From: an uncultured Gemmatimonadota bacterium
GTDB lineage: Bacteria; SM23-81
Reading direction: 5' to 3'
NCBI GenBank assembly: GCA_964584035.1
Contig: CAZOYL010000033.1
Span: 1-22,379 of the forward strand
DNA: 22,379 nucleotides
Shown: one piece after another, positions 7,038-15,599 of the stretch
Layout of the letters: every line of letters begins with the position of its first letter
How positions within the stretch are numbered: the first letter of the stretch is position 1
Translations under genes and position numbers: made by a program
The notes under the pieces: generated by a model
What the model saw: the letters and a program-made list of their open reading frames with translations, nothing else
Database searches by the model: none
Told to the model about the DNA's origin: nothing

Positions 7038-8873
7038 ATGAAGAGCCGGCGGGCGACATCGCTTCCGGCCGCGGAGGGACGAAGGCGGAATGCTCAGCTC
7101 TCCCGGCTGAAGAAGGCCTCGCCTCAGATCTTCACGATCATCTCCCGGAGCCGTACTCCGGAAGAGGCTCGCCGGCGGCTATACCGCTACCTCAGCGGAC
7201 ATCAGAGGGCCCTGCAGATGGGCCTGGAGCGGATACAATTCCTGGAACGCAGCAACATGCGTGAATGCCTCAACGTTTTCAAGAATATTCTGTCCAAGCG
7301 CAACGAATCTCTGACCGGAACGAGCGCGCTGGCGCACCTGTTTCACCTCATCCGGGGGACCGACCCGGAACTCATCCGGTCGATCACGGTCGATTTCGTC
7401 GAGGAAATGGTGCACCTGTTTCGAGGCGTTTCGGGGCACTCGGGAATCTATGACAACTTGAAACGGCCGGGTTTTTTAGCTATGCAGGGGCGCCGCGCCG
7501 CCCAATCGAGATCTAGAAATCTGGATGGCATGGTTGATACCATGGAGCGCTACCTGTCCCGGTATCGTTCCGGGTTGGAACCCGAAGTCATCGTCAGACG
7601 GCGTCGCCATCGGACTCGTATCCTGCGCTATTTCGGAGCCAGGATGGCCGATTGGGGCAACTGGCGGTGGCATATGCGGCATGTCATTCGGGATGAAAAA
7701 ACGCTCTCGAAGCTGATCCAGCTGACCCCTGGAGAGATCCGGCAGATCTCTCGGGCTCGCGAGCATCACATACCCTTCGGTATCACTCCGTTCTATCTCT
7801 CATTGATGGAGGAGGAGGCCGGAGGTCACCATGATCTCGCCCTCAGGGCGCAAGTGATTCCGCCGGAGAGCTACGTCAGCTGGATGATTCAACACCAGGA
7901 GAATCGGGAACATTCGGCCGACTTCATGGGGGAACACGACACCTCTCCCATCGATCTGGTGACCCGGCGGTATCCCCAGATTGTAGTTTTGAAACCCTAT
8001 AACTCCTGTCCCCAGATCTGTGTCTACTGCCAGCGGAACTGGGAGATCCAGCAGGTGCTGGGTCCCCGGGCTGCGGCCTCTCGGAACCAACTGCAAAAAG
8101 CCATCGATTGGATCGAGGCTCATGTTGCCGTCAAGGAGGTGCTCATCACCGGGGGCGATCCCCTGGTGCTGAGCGATGCCCGGTTGGATGATATCCTGAG
8201 AAAGCTCAGCCGGATCGATCACCTCGAAAGGATCCGGATCGGAACCCGTCTGCCGGTCACCGTCCCTCAGAGAATCACCCCCCGGCTGGCCGCCATGCTG
8301 GCCAAATATCAGATATCGGGCCGGCGGGAGGTCGTTGTGGTCACCCATGTGGAGCATCTCTCGGAGGTGACGCCGGAGATGGCTCAGGCGGTGGAGCGAT
8401 TCCGCCGCCGCGGCCTGGCGGTATACAACCAGTTGGTTTTCACCATGTTCAACAGCCGCCGGTTTGAGAGCTCGGCTCTCAGACGGCAGCTCCGCCTGAT
8501 CGGCATTCAGCCGTATTACACCTTCTCGGCCAAGGGGAAGGAGGAGACGGAGGCCTACCGTGTGCCCATCGCCAGGCTGTTGCAGGAAAAGCGGGAAGAG
8601 GTGCGTCTGTTCTCCGGAATGGTGCGTACCGATCACGCCGTGTTCAATGTGCCCCGTTTGGGAAAGACATACCTGATCGCCGGTCAGGACCACGATGTCA
8701 TTATGATCCGGCCGGATGGCCGTCGGGTTTATGAGTTTTTGCCCTGGGAGCGGAATATCTCCCCGGTCGACAGTTACATCCACACCGATATGCCCATCCA
8801 CAGCTATCTCAGGCGTCTGGAGGAGATGGGGGAGGATCGGGATGATTATCGAACCATCTGGTATTATTACTAG
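7038..8873 (+). CDS. KamA-family radical SAM/PLP 2,3-aminomutase with ~200-aa N-terminal extension and glutamate-2,3-aminomutase-like active-site residues
   Basis: Start is ATG 7038 (GGAGG at 7023-7027) or ATG 7008 (ATGA overlap with the upstream stop). Motifs: WGNWRWHMRHVI, ITPFYLSL, RRYP, CPQICVYCQR (CxxxCxxC, 8007-8030), EVLITGGDPL, RIRIGTRLPVTVPQRIT, YNQLVF, PYY, and a putative PLP-lysine in VPRLGK. Confidence 0.85.
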   Translation: MKSRRATSLPAAEGRRRNAQLSRLKKASPQIFTIISRSRTPEEARRRLYRYLSGHQRALQMGLERIQFLERSNMRECLNVFKNILSKRNESLTGTSALAHLFHLIRGTDPELIRSITVDFVEEMVHLFRGVSGHSGIYDNLKRPGFLAMQGRRAAQSRSRNLDGMVDTMERYLSRYRSGLEPEVIVRRRRHRTRILRYFGARMADWGNWRWHMRHVIRDEKTLSKLIQLTPGEIRQISRAREHHIPFGITPFYLSLMEEEAGGHHDLALRAQVIPPESYVSWMIQHQENREHSADFMGEHDTSPIDLVTRRYPQIVVLKPYNSCPQICVYCQRNWEIQQVLGPRAAASRNQLQKAIDWIEAHVAVKEVLITGGDPLVLSDARLDDILRKLSRIDHLERIRIGTRLPVTVPQRITPRLAAMLAKYQISGRREVVVVTHVEHLSEVTPEMAQAVERFRRRGLAVYNQLVFTMFNSRRFESSALRRQLRLIGIQPYYTFSAKGKEETEAYRVPIARLLQEKREEVRLFSGMVRTDHAVFNVPRLGKTYLIAGQDHDVIMIRPDGRRVYEFLPWERNISPVDSYIHTDMPIHSYLRRLEEMGEDRDDYRTIWYYY

Positions 8874-8890
8874 TGGTGAGAGGATCTCAG

Positions 8891-9979
8891 ATGGAGATAC
8901 CGCAGATCGAGCCCTGGATCGATGAACGGGAGCTTGACCAGCTTCGCGAGGTGGTGGAATCCGCCTGGCTGGTGGAGGGGCCCAAAACGGAACGGTTCGA
9001 GAGCCGCTTTGCCGAGCTGGTCGGGTGCCGCTATGCCACGGCCGTGAACAATGCCACCGTGGCTCTGTATGTCAGCCTGCGAGCCCTGGGAGTGGGCCGG
9101 GGGGATGAGGTCATTCTTCCCGATTTCACCTTTATCGCCACGCTCAACGCCGTCACCTGGACGGGAGCCACTCCCGTCCTGACGGATGTGGTCGAGGAGA
9201 CCTGGAATATCGATCCTCAACAGGTCCGCAGCGCCATCACCGGCCGGACACGGGCCATCCTTCCGGTACATCTTTACGGACAATCGGCCGACCTGGAGGT
9301 GATCGGGGCCATCGCCCGGGAGCATGATCTGGCAGTAGTGGAGGATGCCTCCGAGAGCGTAGGCTGCTTTTTTCAGGGACGGCATGTGGGTAGCTGGGGA
9401 CAGGCCGGCTGTTTTTCTTTGTACGGCAATAAAACCATTACCACCGGACAGGGCGGGATGATCACCACCGATGAGGAGGAGGTCTGGCGGCAATGTATCA
9501 TTCTCAAGAATCACGGGCGTGAGGAACGGGGCACCTTTATTCACCGGCAGGTGGGATATAATTTCTCTTTCACCGATCTGCAGGCCGCCGTCGGGCTGGC
9601 TCAGATGGATAAGCTGGAAGAGATCTTCCGCAGGAAAAAAAGCCATGATGAACGCTACCGGGAACGCCTGGCGGAGATATCGGCGGTCCGCTTTCCGGCC
9701 GGCGATCCCCGCTGCCGGACCGTTCCCTGGTTCACCAATGTCCTGGTGGAAGATCCGCAGGCCCTGGCCGACCATCTGGCCCAGGCCGGCATCGGAACGC
9801 GGCGTCTGTTCTATCCGCTGCACCGCCAGCCCTGCTGCCAGAGCCAATTTCCGGATCACTTTCCCGTTTCCGATCGAATCTACCGGCAGGGTCTGTCTCT
9901 ACCTTCCTCGGCCACGCTGACCGATGAGCTGGTCGACAGGGTGTGCCATCAGATCGGGACCTTTTATGGGAGGCGATAG
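8891..9979 (+). CDS. DegT/DnrJ/EryC1/StrS PLP-dependent NDP-keto-sugar aminotransferase (perosamine-synthase-like)
   Basis: ATG 8891 with GAGAGGA RBS (alternative GTG 8873). Motifs: FESRFA, GDEVILPDFTFIAT, ILPVHLYGQ, VVEDASES, FSLYGNKTITTGQGG (PLP Lys), GYNF, GLSLPS. Confidence 0.9.
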   Translation: MEIPQIEPWIDERELDQLREVVESAWLVEGPKTERFESRFAELVGCRYATAVNNATVALYVSLRALGVGRGDEVILPDFTFIATLNAVTWTGATPVLTDVVEETWNIDPQQVRSAITGRTRAILPVHLYGQSADLEVIGAIAREHDLAVVEDASESVGCFFQGRHVGSWGQAGCFSLYGNKTITTGQGGMITTDEEEVWRQCIILKNHGREERGTFIHRQVGYNFSFTDLQAAVGLAQMDKLEEIFRRKKSHDERYRERLAEISAVRFPAGDPRCRTVPWFTNVLVEDPQALADHLAQAGIGTRRLFYPLHRQPCCQSQFPDHFPVSDRIYRQGLSLPSSATLTDELVDRVCHQIGTFYGRR

Positions 9980-9984
9980 GCCTG

Positions 9985-10692
9985 ATGTTGGTCTCCGTGG
10001 TTTTACCAACTTATAATGAGCGGGACAATATCGTCGGACTCGTCGAGCGCCTTGAAGAGGTGCTGGGGAAAGACCACCGTTATGAGATCGTCGTAGTGGA
10101 TGATAATAGTCCCGACGACACCGCCGGCGCCGTGGAAAACCGTTTTGGACAGGGCGACGCTGTCCGGCTGATCCGGCGCAACGGACAGAGAGGCCTGGCC
10201 ACGGCCGTGCGGCGGGGGATCGAGGAATCCAGGGGAGAGGTCGTCATCCTGATGGATGCCGATTTCAGCCATCGTCCCGAGGATCTTCCGGCCATGCTGA
10301 GCCTGGCGGACCGTTTCGATCTGGTCAACGGCTCGCGCTATCTGCCGGCCGGGGGATTTCAGGGCAGTGTCCGGGCACGAAGCTCCAGTATGATCATCAA
10401 CTGGTTTCTGAGGGTCCTGTTGAAACTGCAAACGACCGACAGCACCAGCGGTTTTGTGGCCATCCGCCGTTCCCTGCTGAAGGAGATGCCGGCGGATAGT
10501 ATTTTTTACGGATATGGCGATTTTCATTTTCGGCTGCTTCTGGAAGCGCGCCGGCATTCGGCCTCCATCTGCGAGGCGCCGGTGGTGCATCGATTCCGCC
10601 GCGGCGGTCGGGCGAAAACCCGGTTGTTCCGCGACGGCTGGGGATATGTCTGGTCGGCTCTGAAGATCCGGCTAGGTCTGGAACGGTTGTGA
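9985..10692 (+). CDS. GT2 polyprenyl-phosphate glycosyltransferase (DPM1/ArnC-like)
   Basis: ATG at 9985 gives MLVSVVLPTYNERDNI. Motifs: EIVVVDDNSPDDT, GLATAVRRG, MDADFSH.PE, GSRY, TDSTSGF. Confidence 0.88.
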   Translation: MLVSVVLPTYNERDNIVGLVERLEEVLGKDHRYEIVVVDDNSPDDTAGAVENRFGQGDAVRLIRRNGQRGLATAVRRGIEESRGEVVILMDADFSHRPEDLPAMLSLADRFDLVNGSRYLPAGGFQGSVRARSSSMIINWFLRVLLKLQTTDSTSGFVAIRRSLLKEMPADSIFYGYGDFHFRLLLEARRHSASICEAPVVHRFRRGGRAKTRLFRDGWGYVWSALKIRLGLERL

Positions 10693-12206
10693 AGGAGCGT
10701 TTCGTGGAAAAGAGTTCCGCGGATGGCATCAGGACAATAAACAAAAACGGCCTTCTTCTGACGATCATTCTCATGGTGGGTGCCGTTCTGCGCTTGGTCC
10801 GCCTGGGCAGCCAGAGCTTCTGGTGGGACGAGGTGTACAGCGCCTCCCTGTCGGCTCAGAGTCTCAAGACGGTCATTCCACGCTTCGGACAGACGCCGGC
10901 CTTCTACCATGTCCTGCTTCATTTCTGGCTGTACCTGGGCCGGGGCGATGGGACCATCCGGTTGCTGTCGGTCGTCTTCGGAGTGGCCACTGTGGGGCTC
11001 GTCTACCTGCTGGGCAAAGAGTTCCTGGACAGAACCCAGGGACTGTTGTGCGCCCTTCTGATCGCGATATCGCCCTTTCATATCTGGTACTCGCAGGAAG
11101 CGCGAATGTATAGTCTGCTGATCCTGCTGTGTACCGCCTCGGTCCTGTTCTTCGTCAGATTTCTGAAAAGGTCTCCCGGCTGGCCCGGACTGTGGTGGAC
11201 CCTGATGACCGCCCTGGGGCTCTATACCCATTATTATGCTCTTTTCGTGCTGGTTTTCCAGCTGCTCTACCTGATGCTGTTCTGGCGGCGTTATCGATCG
11301 CTCTGGCCACGGGTTTTCCGGGTTCTGCTGGTCGTCGTGATCCTGGTGGTGCCTATCGTGCTGCTGTTTTTTCCCGGGGGACGATATGCCATGGTCTGTG
11401 CCGAGGGAGCGGGCCGGAATCCCCTGCGGTTATTCTCGATGCCTTATACATTCTTCGCTCTGAGCCTGGGTTTCAGCTATGGCCCATCGGTGGCCGAGCT
11501 GCATCGTCTGGCCGCCTGGTCTACGTTGCGGCCCTATCTCCTGCCCGTTGTCCTGGCGGGGACGTTCTATATAGGGCTGTTTCTCCTGGGATTGCGTTCA
11601 CTATGGAGAGACCGCCATCGTTTGATTTTTCTTCTGTTGTATCTTTTCGTACCTATCGTGGCGGCCATCGTGACGATTCTGTTCATGCCGCAGCTGTCCT
11701 ATAACGTTCGGTACGTGGCCATGATCCTGCCGGCCTATAGTTTTATCCTGGCTCGTGGCCTGTGGTCGCCGTCGAACCGGCTGGTCCGCTGGGGGCTCCT
11801 GGCGCTGGTGCTGGTTTTCGTGTCGATATCGCTCTATCATTATTATGCCGACGAGAGATATCATAAGGAGGACTTTCGCACGGCCGTGGATATCATCTCC
11901 CGGCAGGATTGCCCCGGAGACGTCATTCTGGCCACCCATTTGAGACCCATAAAGTATTACTATCGGGGTGATCTGCTGATCCATAATCTGCTCTGGTCGC
12001 CGGGTTTCTACCGTCGGATGATCGACGTGCGACTGCAACGCTACCAGCGAGCCTGGGTTCTGATCAGTCGCCACTGGATTTCGGATCCCCAGGGAAAGAT
12101 GCTGGAGCACCTGAGAGGCAAATATACCGCCGTCCAGGAAACGACCTTCACCGGTCTGTATCTGGGCTTATTTGATCTTAAAAAAAAATCAGCAGAGAAT
12201 CGGTAA
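10689..12206 (+). CDS. GT-C membrane glycosyltransferase (GT39/GT83, PMT/ArnT-like)
   Basis: GTGA overlap with the upstream stop. First-loop SFWWDEVYS motif, then PAFYHVLLHFW, IRLLSVVFG, SPFHIWYSQEARMYSL, YTHYY, RYV. Many TM segments and a soluble C-terminal domain. Confidence 0.85.
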   Translation: MKERFVEKSSADGIRTINKNGLLLTIILMVGAVLRLVRLGSQSFWWDEVYSASLSAQSLKTVIPRFGQTPAFYHVLLHFWLYLGRGDGTIRLLSVVFGVATVGLVYLLGKEFLDRTQGLLCALLIAISPFHIWYSQEARMYSLLILLCTASVLFFVRFLKRSPGWPGLWWTLMTALGLYTHYYALFVLVFQLLYLMLFWRRYRSLWPRVFRVLLVVVILVVPIVLLFFPGGRYAMVCAEGAGRNPLRLFSMPYTFFALSLGFSYGPSVAELHRLAAWSTLRPYLLPVVLAGTFYIGLFLLGLRSLWRDRHRLIFLLLYLFVPIVAAIVTILFMPQLSYNVRYVAMILPAYSFILARGLWSPSNRLVRWGLLALVLVFVSISLYHYYADERYHKEDFRTAVDIISRQDCPGDVILATHLRPIKYYYRGDLLIHNLLWSPGFYRRMIDVRLQRYQRAWVLISRHWISDPQGKMLEHLRGKYTAVQETTFTGLYLGLFDLKKKSAENR

Positions 12207-12236
12207 GGAGTTGTTTCGGCCAAGGAGGTGTCCGGG

Positions 12237-13292
12237 ATGTGGTACCGCAGCAAAGTTTTCGCGGAGATCTTCAGGGATGTCACGGCGAGCCTGATGGCGG
12301 TCGTGATCGTCCTCTGGGGAGTTTCCTGTGACAAAAAGCCGACCAACGGCCATGAGCAGGTCAAACAGTGGGTTTCCGGCAACGCCGGGCTGGGGAATCT
12401 GAACATCAATTACCTTGCCGTTCATCCCGCCGATCCCGACATCATCTTTGCCGGGACCTTTAACGGACTCTACCGCAGCACCGATGGGGCCGGAAGCTGG
12501 ACACGGGTGGACAGCGGCTGGGCCTATACACAGATCACGACCATTGCCTTCGATGCCCTGGCCGGAGAGGTGGTCTACGCCGGGACCAGGGGAGATGGCG
12601 TCTATAAGAGCGAGGACGGAGGCGATCACTGGGAGCACAAGACGACCGGGCTTTCAGATCTGATCGTCTGGGGTCTGGCCGTCGATCCCGTCCATCCCGA
12701 TACGGTTTTCGTCGGCATCGACGGCGCTATCTTTCGCAGCCAGGACGGCGTCGATTCCTCCTGGACCAAGATCTATTGGTACCAGCGGACTTTTATCGCC
12801 ATCGATCCGCAGAATTCCAGGAACATCTATGCCGGCGGGAAGTTCAACAATCTACACCGCAGCTTCCAGGGCGGCGATAATGGCACCTGGGAGGTGAGTT
12901 CCGAAGGAATCGACACGGGCGGGCCGGAATCGCGGATCCAGTGGATTGCCATCGATCCCCGCAATCCCACCGTGCTTTACGCGGCTTCCACCAATAACGG
13001 CCTGCATAAGTCGACCAACCGCGGAGGGAATTGGGGGCGCATGGATGTCGGCATATCATCTGCCGATGTCAGGTCGGTGATCATCGATCCATCGAACAGC
13101 GATGTGCTCTTCGTCGCCACGGAGAACGGCATCTATCGCAGCCTGGACGCCGCCGTGAGCTGGAAGTCGATGAACGATGGCATGCCGACCGAGAATCCGG
13201 ATGTCAGGGTGATGGCCGTCGATCCGATCGATCCCGAATTGTTGTACGCCGGCACCTGGGGCGATGGCGTCTTCATCTGGAAGAAACCGTGA
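12237..13292 (+). CDS. Putative lipoprotein with BNR/Asp-box repeats (VPS10/YCF48-like beta-propeller)
   Basis: AAGGAGGT RBS at 12222-12229 favours ATG 12237. Hydrophobic stretch then GVS-C (Cys codon 12327). Repeats: YRSTDGAGSW, YKSEDGGDHW, FRSQDG..SW, HKSTNRGGNW, YRSLDAAVSW, with recurring (A/I)xDP.(N/H)P..(L/V)(Y/F)AGT blades. Confidence 0.78.
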   Translation: MWYRSKVFAEIFRDVTASLMAVVIVLWGVSCDKKPTNGHEQVKQWVSGNAGLGNLNINYLAVHPADPDIIFAGTFNGLYRSTDGAGSWTRVDSGWAYTQITTIAFDALAGEVVYAGTRGDGVYKSEDGGDHWEHKTTGLSDLIVWGLAVDPVHPDTVFVGIDGAIFRSQDGVDSSWTKIYWYQRTFIAIDPQNSRNIYAGGKFNNLHRSFQGGDNGTWEVSSEGIDTGGPESRIQWIAIDPRNPTVLYAASTNNGLHKSTNRGGNWGRMDVGISSADVRSVIIDPSNSDVLFVATENGIYRSLDAAVSWKSMNDGMPTENPDVRVMAVDPIDPELLYAGTWGDGVFIWKKP

Positions 13293-13360
13293 TTCTTCTC
13301 TTGCTGTCAGGCGATTGTTTTCAAAACAGGCTTCAATTCAAAAGGGAAAGGAGGAAGGTG

Positions 13361-14509
13361 TTGATACAGCCGCATGGTGGAAAATTGGTCGATCGCGTCA
13401 TGGGAGCGGAAGAGCGCCATCGGGCTCAGGAAGAGCTGAAGGGTTGGCCCCAGGTGGTCCTGGCGGCGGATATGGTTTCCGAGGTGCAGAATATCGCCCG
13501 GGGGGTATTCAGCCCCCTGGAGGGATTTCTCAACCGGGCACAGCTGGGATCGGTGGTTCGGGAGGGGCGCCTGCCCGGCGGCCTGCCCTGGACGATCCCC
13601 ATCCTTTTAGCCGTCGATGAGGATCAGGCCGATCGATTGAAAGAGGGACAGTCGCTGACCCTGATGGGTCCGGCGGGAGATCCCCTGGCCGTGATGCGCT
13701 TGGAGGAGAAGTATCACTTCGAAAAAACGGAGATCGCCCGGGGAGTTTTCGGAACCGACGATCAGGCTCATCCTGGGGTCAAGGGCCTTCTGGAATTGCC
13801 CGATGTGTTTCTCTCCGGCCCCATCGACCTGCTCGAGGATATCAAGACGCCCTATCCGCGCTATAACCTATCGCCCAAAGAGACCCGCTATCTCTTCGGG
13901 CAGAAGGGTTGGGACACGGTGGTGGCCTTCCAGACGAGAAATCCGCCCCACCGGGCGCACGAGTATATCCAGAAGTGCGCGCTGGAGATCTGCGACGGCC
14001 TGTTCATCAATCCTGTCATCGGGCGGAAGAAGTCCGGGGATTTCACCGACGATCTGATTCTCGCGGCCTATCAGACCCTGATCGACGACTTCTATCCCGG
14101 CGATCGCGTGGTGATGAGCATTCTTCCCTGGCAGATGCGCTATGCCGGCCCGAAAGAGGCCATCTTCCATGCCATCGTCCGAAAGAACTTCGGATGCACC
14201 CATCATATCATCGGGCGTGATCATGCCGGCGTAGGCGATTACTACGACACCTATGCGGCGCATCGCATCTTCGCCGATTTTCCCGATCTGGGCATCCAGC
14301 CGCTGTTTTTCGAGCATTCCTTTTGGTGCCGGGACTGCGGCAACATGGGCACCTCCAAGACCTGCCCGCACGACAAGAAATCGTGGCTCAGCCCCAGTGG
14401 AACGAAAATCCGCGGCATCATCACCGAGGGAGCCGAGGTGGCTCAGGAGATCATGCGTCCGGAAATCGCCCGGGTTCTGACATCCGAAGACCACCCCTTC
14501 GTGGATTGA
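13361..14509 (+). CDS. sat: Sulfate adenylyltransferase (ATP sulfurylase, Sat type)
   Basis: AAGGAGG RBS at 13348-13354 and TTG 13361 (or GTG 13358) give (M)IQPHGGKLVDR. Motifs: FSPLEGF, WTIPI, FQTRNPPHRAHEY, MRYAGPKEAIFHA..RKNFGCTH.I.GRDHAGVG, zinc site CRDC...CPH, SGTKIR, MRPE. Confidence 0.95.
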   Translation: MIQPHGGKLVDRVMGAEERHRAQEELKGWPQVVLAADMVSEVQNIARGVFSPLEGFLNRAQLGSVVREGRLPGGLPWTIPILLAVDEDQADRLKEGQSLTLMGPAGDPLAVMRLEEKYHFEKTEIARGVFGTDDQAHPGVKGLLELPDVFLSGPIDLLEDIKTPYPRYNLSPKETRYLFGQKGWDTVVAFQTRNPPHRAHEYIQKCALEICDGLFINPVIGRKKSGDFTDDLILAAYQTLIDDFYPGDRVVMSILPWQMRYAGPKEAIFHAIVRKNFGCTHHIIGRDHAGVGDYYDTYAAHRIFADFPDLGIQPLFFEHSFWCRDCGNMGTSKTCPHDKKSWLSPSGTKIRGIITEGAEVAQEIMRPEIARVLTSEDHPFVD

Positions 14510-14560
14510 GCTTGACGGCAGGCGAAGAGAAATCTTTTAACAGGATGAGGATCTTCTCTG

Positions 14561-15511
14561 GTGAAGCGGACCGTGATCAGGGGTATTTCCCGGTTGACCT
14601 GGACGTTGGGTTTGGATCGACTCGTTGATCTGGTCAATCGGCGGCGGGGGGGCGTCATCCTGGCCTATCACCATATTACCGGGGACGCTCTGGAGCGCCA
14701 GCTGGAACTGTTGAGCAGGTGGTATGCCTTCGTCTCTTTAAGTGAGTTCGTTAGCCGTCACCGGCAGGGGCGATCGACCAACGGATTGATGGTCATCACC
14801 TTCGACGATGGATTCGGTGACGAGGTAGAGGCCGGTGCGGCCCTGGCCGTCCGCCGGGGCTGGCCGATGACCTTTTATCTGCCCACCGGATATGTTTTAT
14901 CCGGCCGGCCCTACTGGTTTATCAGGCTGGCCTCCCAGATGCAGGCGGCATCGGAAGGTTCTTATCGAGTCGGAGAGCGAACCATTGAGATCAGCGATGC
15001 TCACTCCCGCGAGTTGGCCAGGAGGCAGATGATCCAGGGGCTCCTCGGCCGTCCGCCAGAGGAGATCGAGTCCTTTATCGACCGTCTGGGCGAGATCCTG
15101 TTCGCGTCCCGGGAGGCGAGGTCGGAGCTGGACATTCCCGTTCCCATCTCCCCGCAGCGGGTCGCCGTTTTGGCTCAGGAAGCGGAGATCGCCTTCCAGG
15201 CTCATTCGGTCAGCCACCCCTATTTCTCCATTCTTTCCGGCGAGCGAATCCGGCAGGAGATGGAGGCCAGCCGCCGCGATGTGGAGGAGATGACTGCTCG
15301 CCCGGTGCGGCACTTCTGTTATCCATACGGCATCAGCGGATCTATCGGAACGCAGGCTCCGCAGCTGGCTCGCCAGCTGTTCGACTCGGCCACCACGGCC
15401 ATGCGAGCCCGTTGCCGGCCCGGGGCGGATAGAGTGCTGTTGCCCAGAATTACTATGCATGAGCACTACACAACGGGTATGACCAGTTTGAAGGTGAAGG
15501 CCACCCGGTAA
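14561..15511 (+). CDS. Polysaccharide deacetylase family protein (NodB homology, CE4-like)
   Basis: Motifs: ILAYHHI, ITFDDGF, TFYLPTG, AHSVSHP, HFCYPYG, LPRI. Confidence 0.85.
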   Translation: MKRTVIRGISRLTWTLGLDRLVDLVNRRRGGVILAYHHITGDALERQLELLSRWYAFVSLSEFVSRHRQGRSTNGLMVITFDDGFGDEVEAGAALAVRRGWPMTFYLPTGYVLSGRPYWFIRLASQMQAASEGSYRVGERTIEISDAHSRELARRQMIQGLLGRPPEEIESFIDRLGEILFASREARSELDIPVPISPQRVAVLAQEAEIAFQAHSVSHPYFSILSGERIRQEMEASRRDVEEMTARPVRHFCYPYGISGSIGTQAPQLARQLFDSATTAMRARCRPGADRVLLPRITMHEHYTTGMTSLKVKATR

Positions 15512-15599
15512 CCCCGGTGAAAGTCACTGGCATCAGCAGGCGTGAAAAAGCGGAGTGATTTCGGGTACGGGCCCCGATGAATCCTTCAGGAGTTGAGCG

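Noticed and set aside
7038..8873. Assigning kamA/ablA/epmB (lysine 2,3-aminomutase)
   Set aside because: The lysine-binding Asp residues appear replaced by Lys/Asn, and no efp, epmA or lysine-fermentation genes are in the window.
7800..9859. Long antisense ORFs (7800-8801, 333 aa; 8870-9859, 329 aa)
   Set aside because: They lie entirely opposite well-supported KamA and DegT genes and have no recognisable motifs. This is the expected shadow of GC-rich codon bias.
12180..12188. A9 homopolymer in the GT-C gene as a phase-variation tract
   Set aside because: It encodes KKK within the last eight codons, so slippage would barely change the protein.
13031..13360. Apparent N-terminal extension of Sat (492-aa ORF)
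   Set aside because: It overlaps the beta-propeller gene. The canonical Sat start (IQPHGG) follows a strong RBS at 13348-13354.
14512..14560. TTGACG (-35-like) and an imperfect inverted repeat upstream of the deacetylase
   Set aside because: There is no convincing -10 box at proper spacing and the stem is imperfect.
14646..14652. G7 tract near the 5' end of the deacetylase
   Set aside because: Too short to call a contingency locus in GC-rich DNA, and the frame is intact.
15514..15530. Hairpin CCGGTGA-AAG-TCACTGG after the deacetylase stop
   Set aside because: It has no U-tract and a short stem, so it cannot be supported as a terminator.
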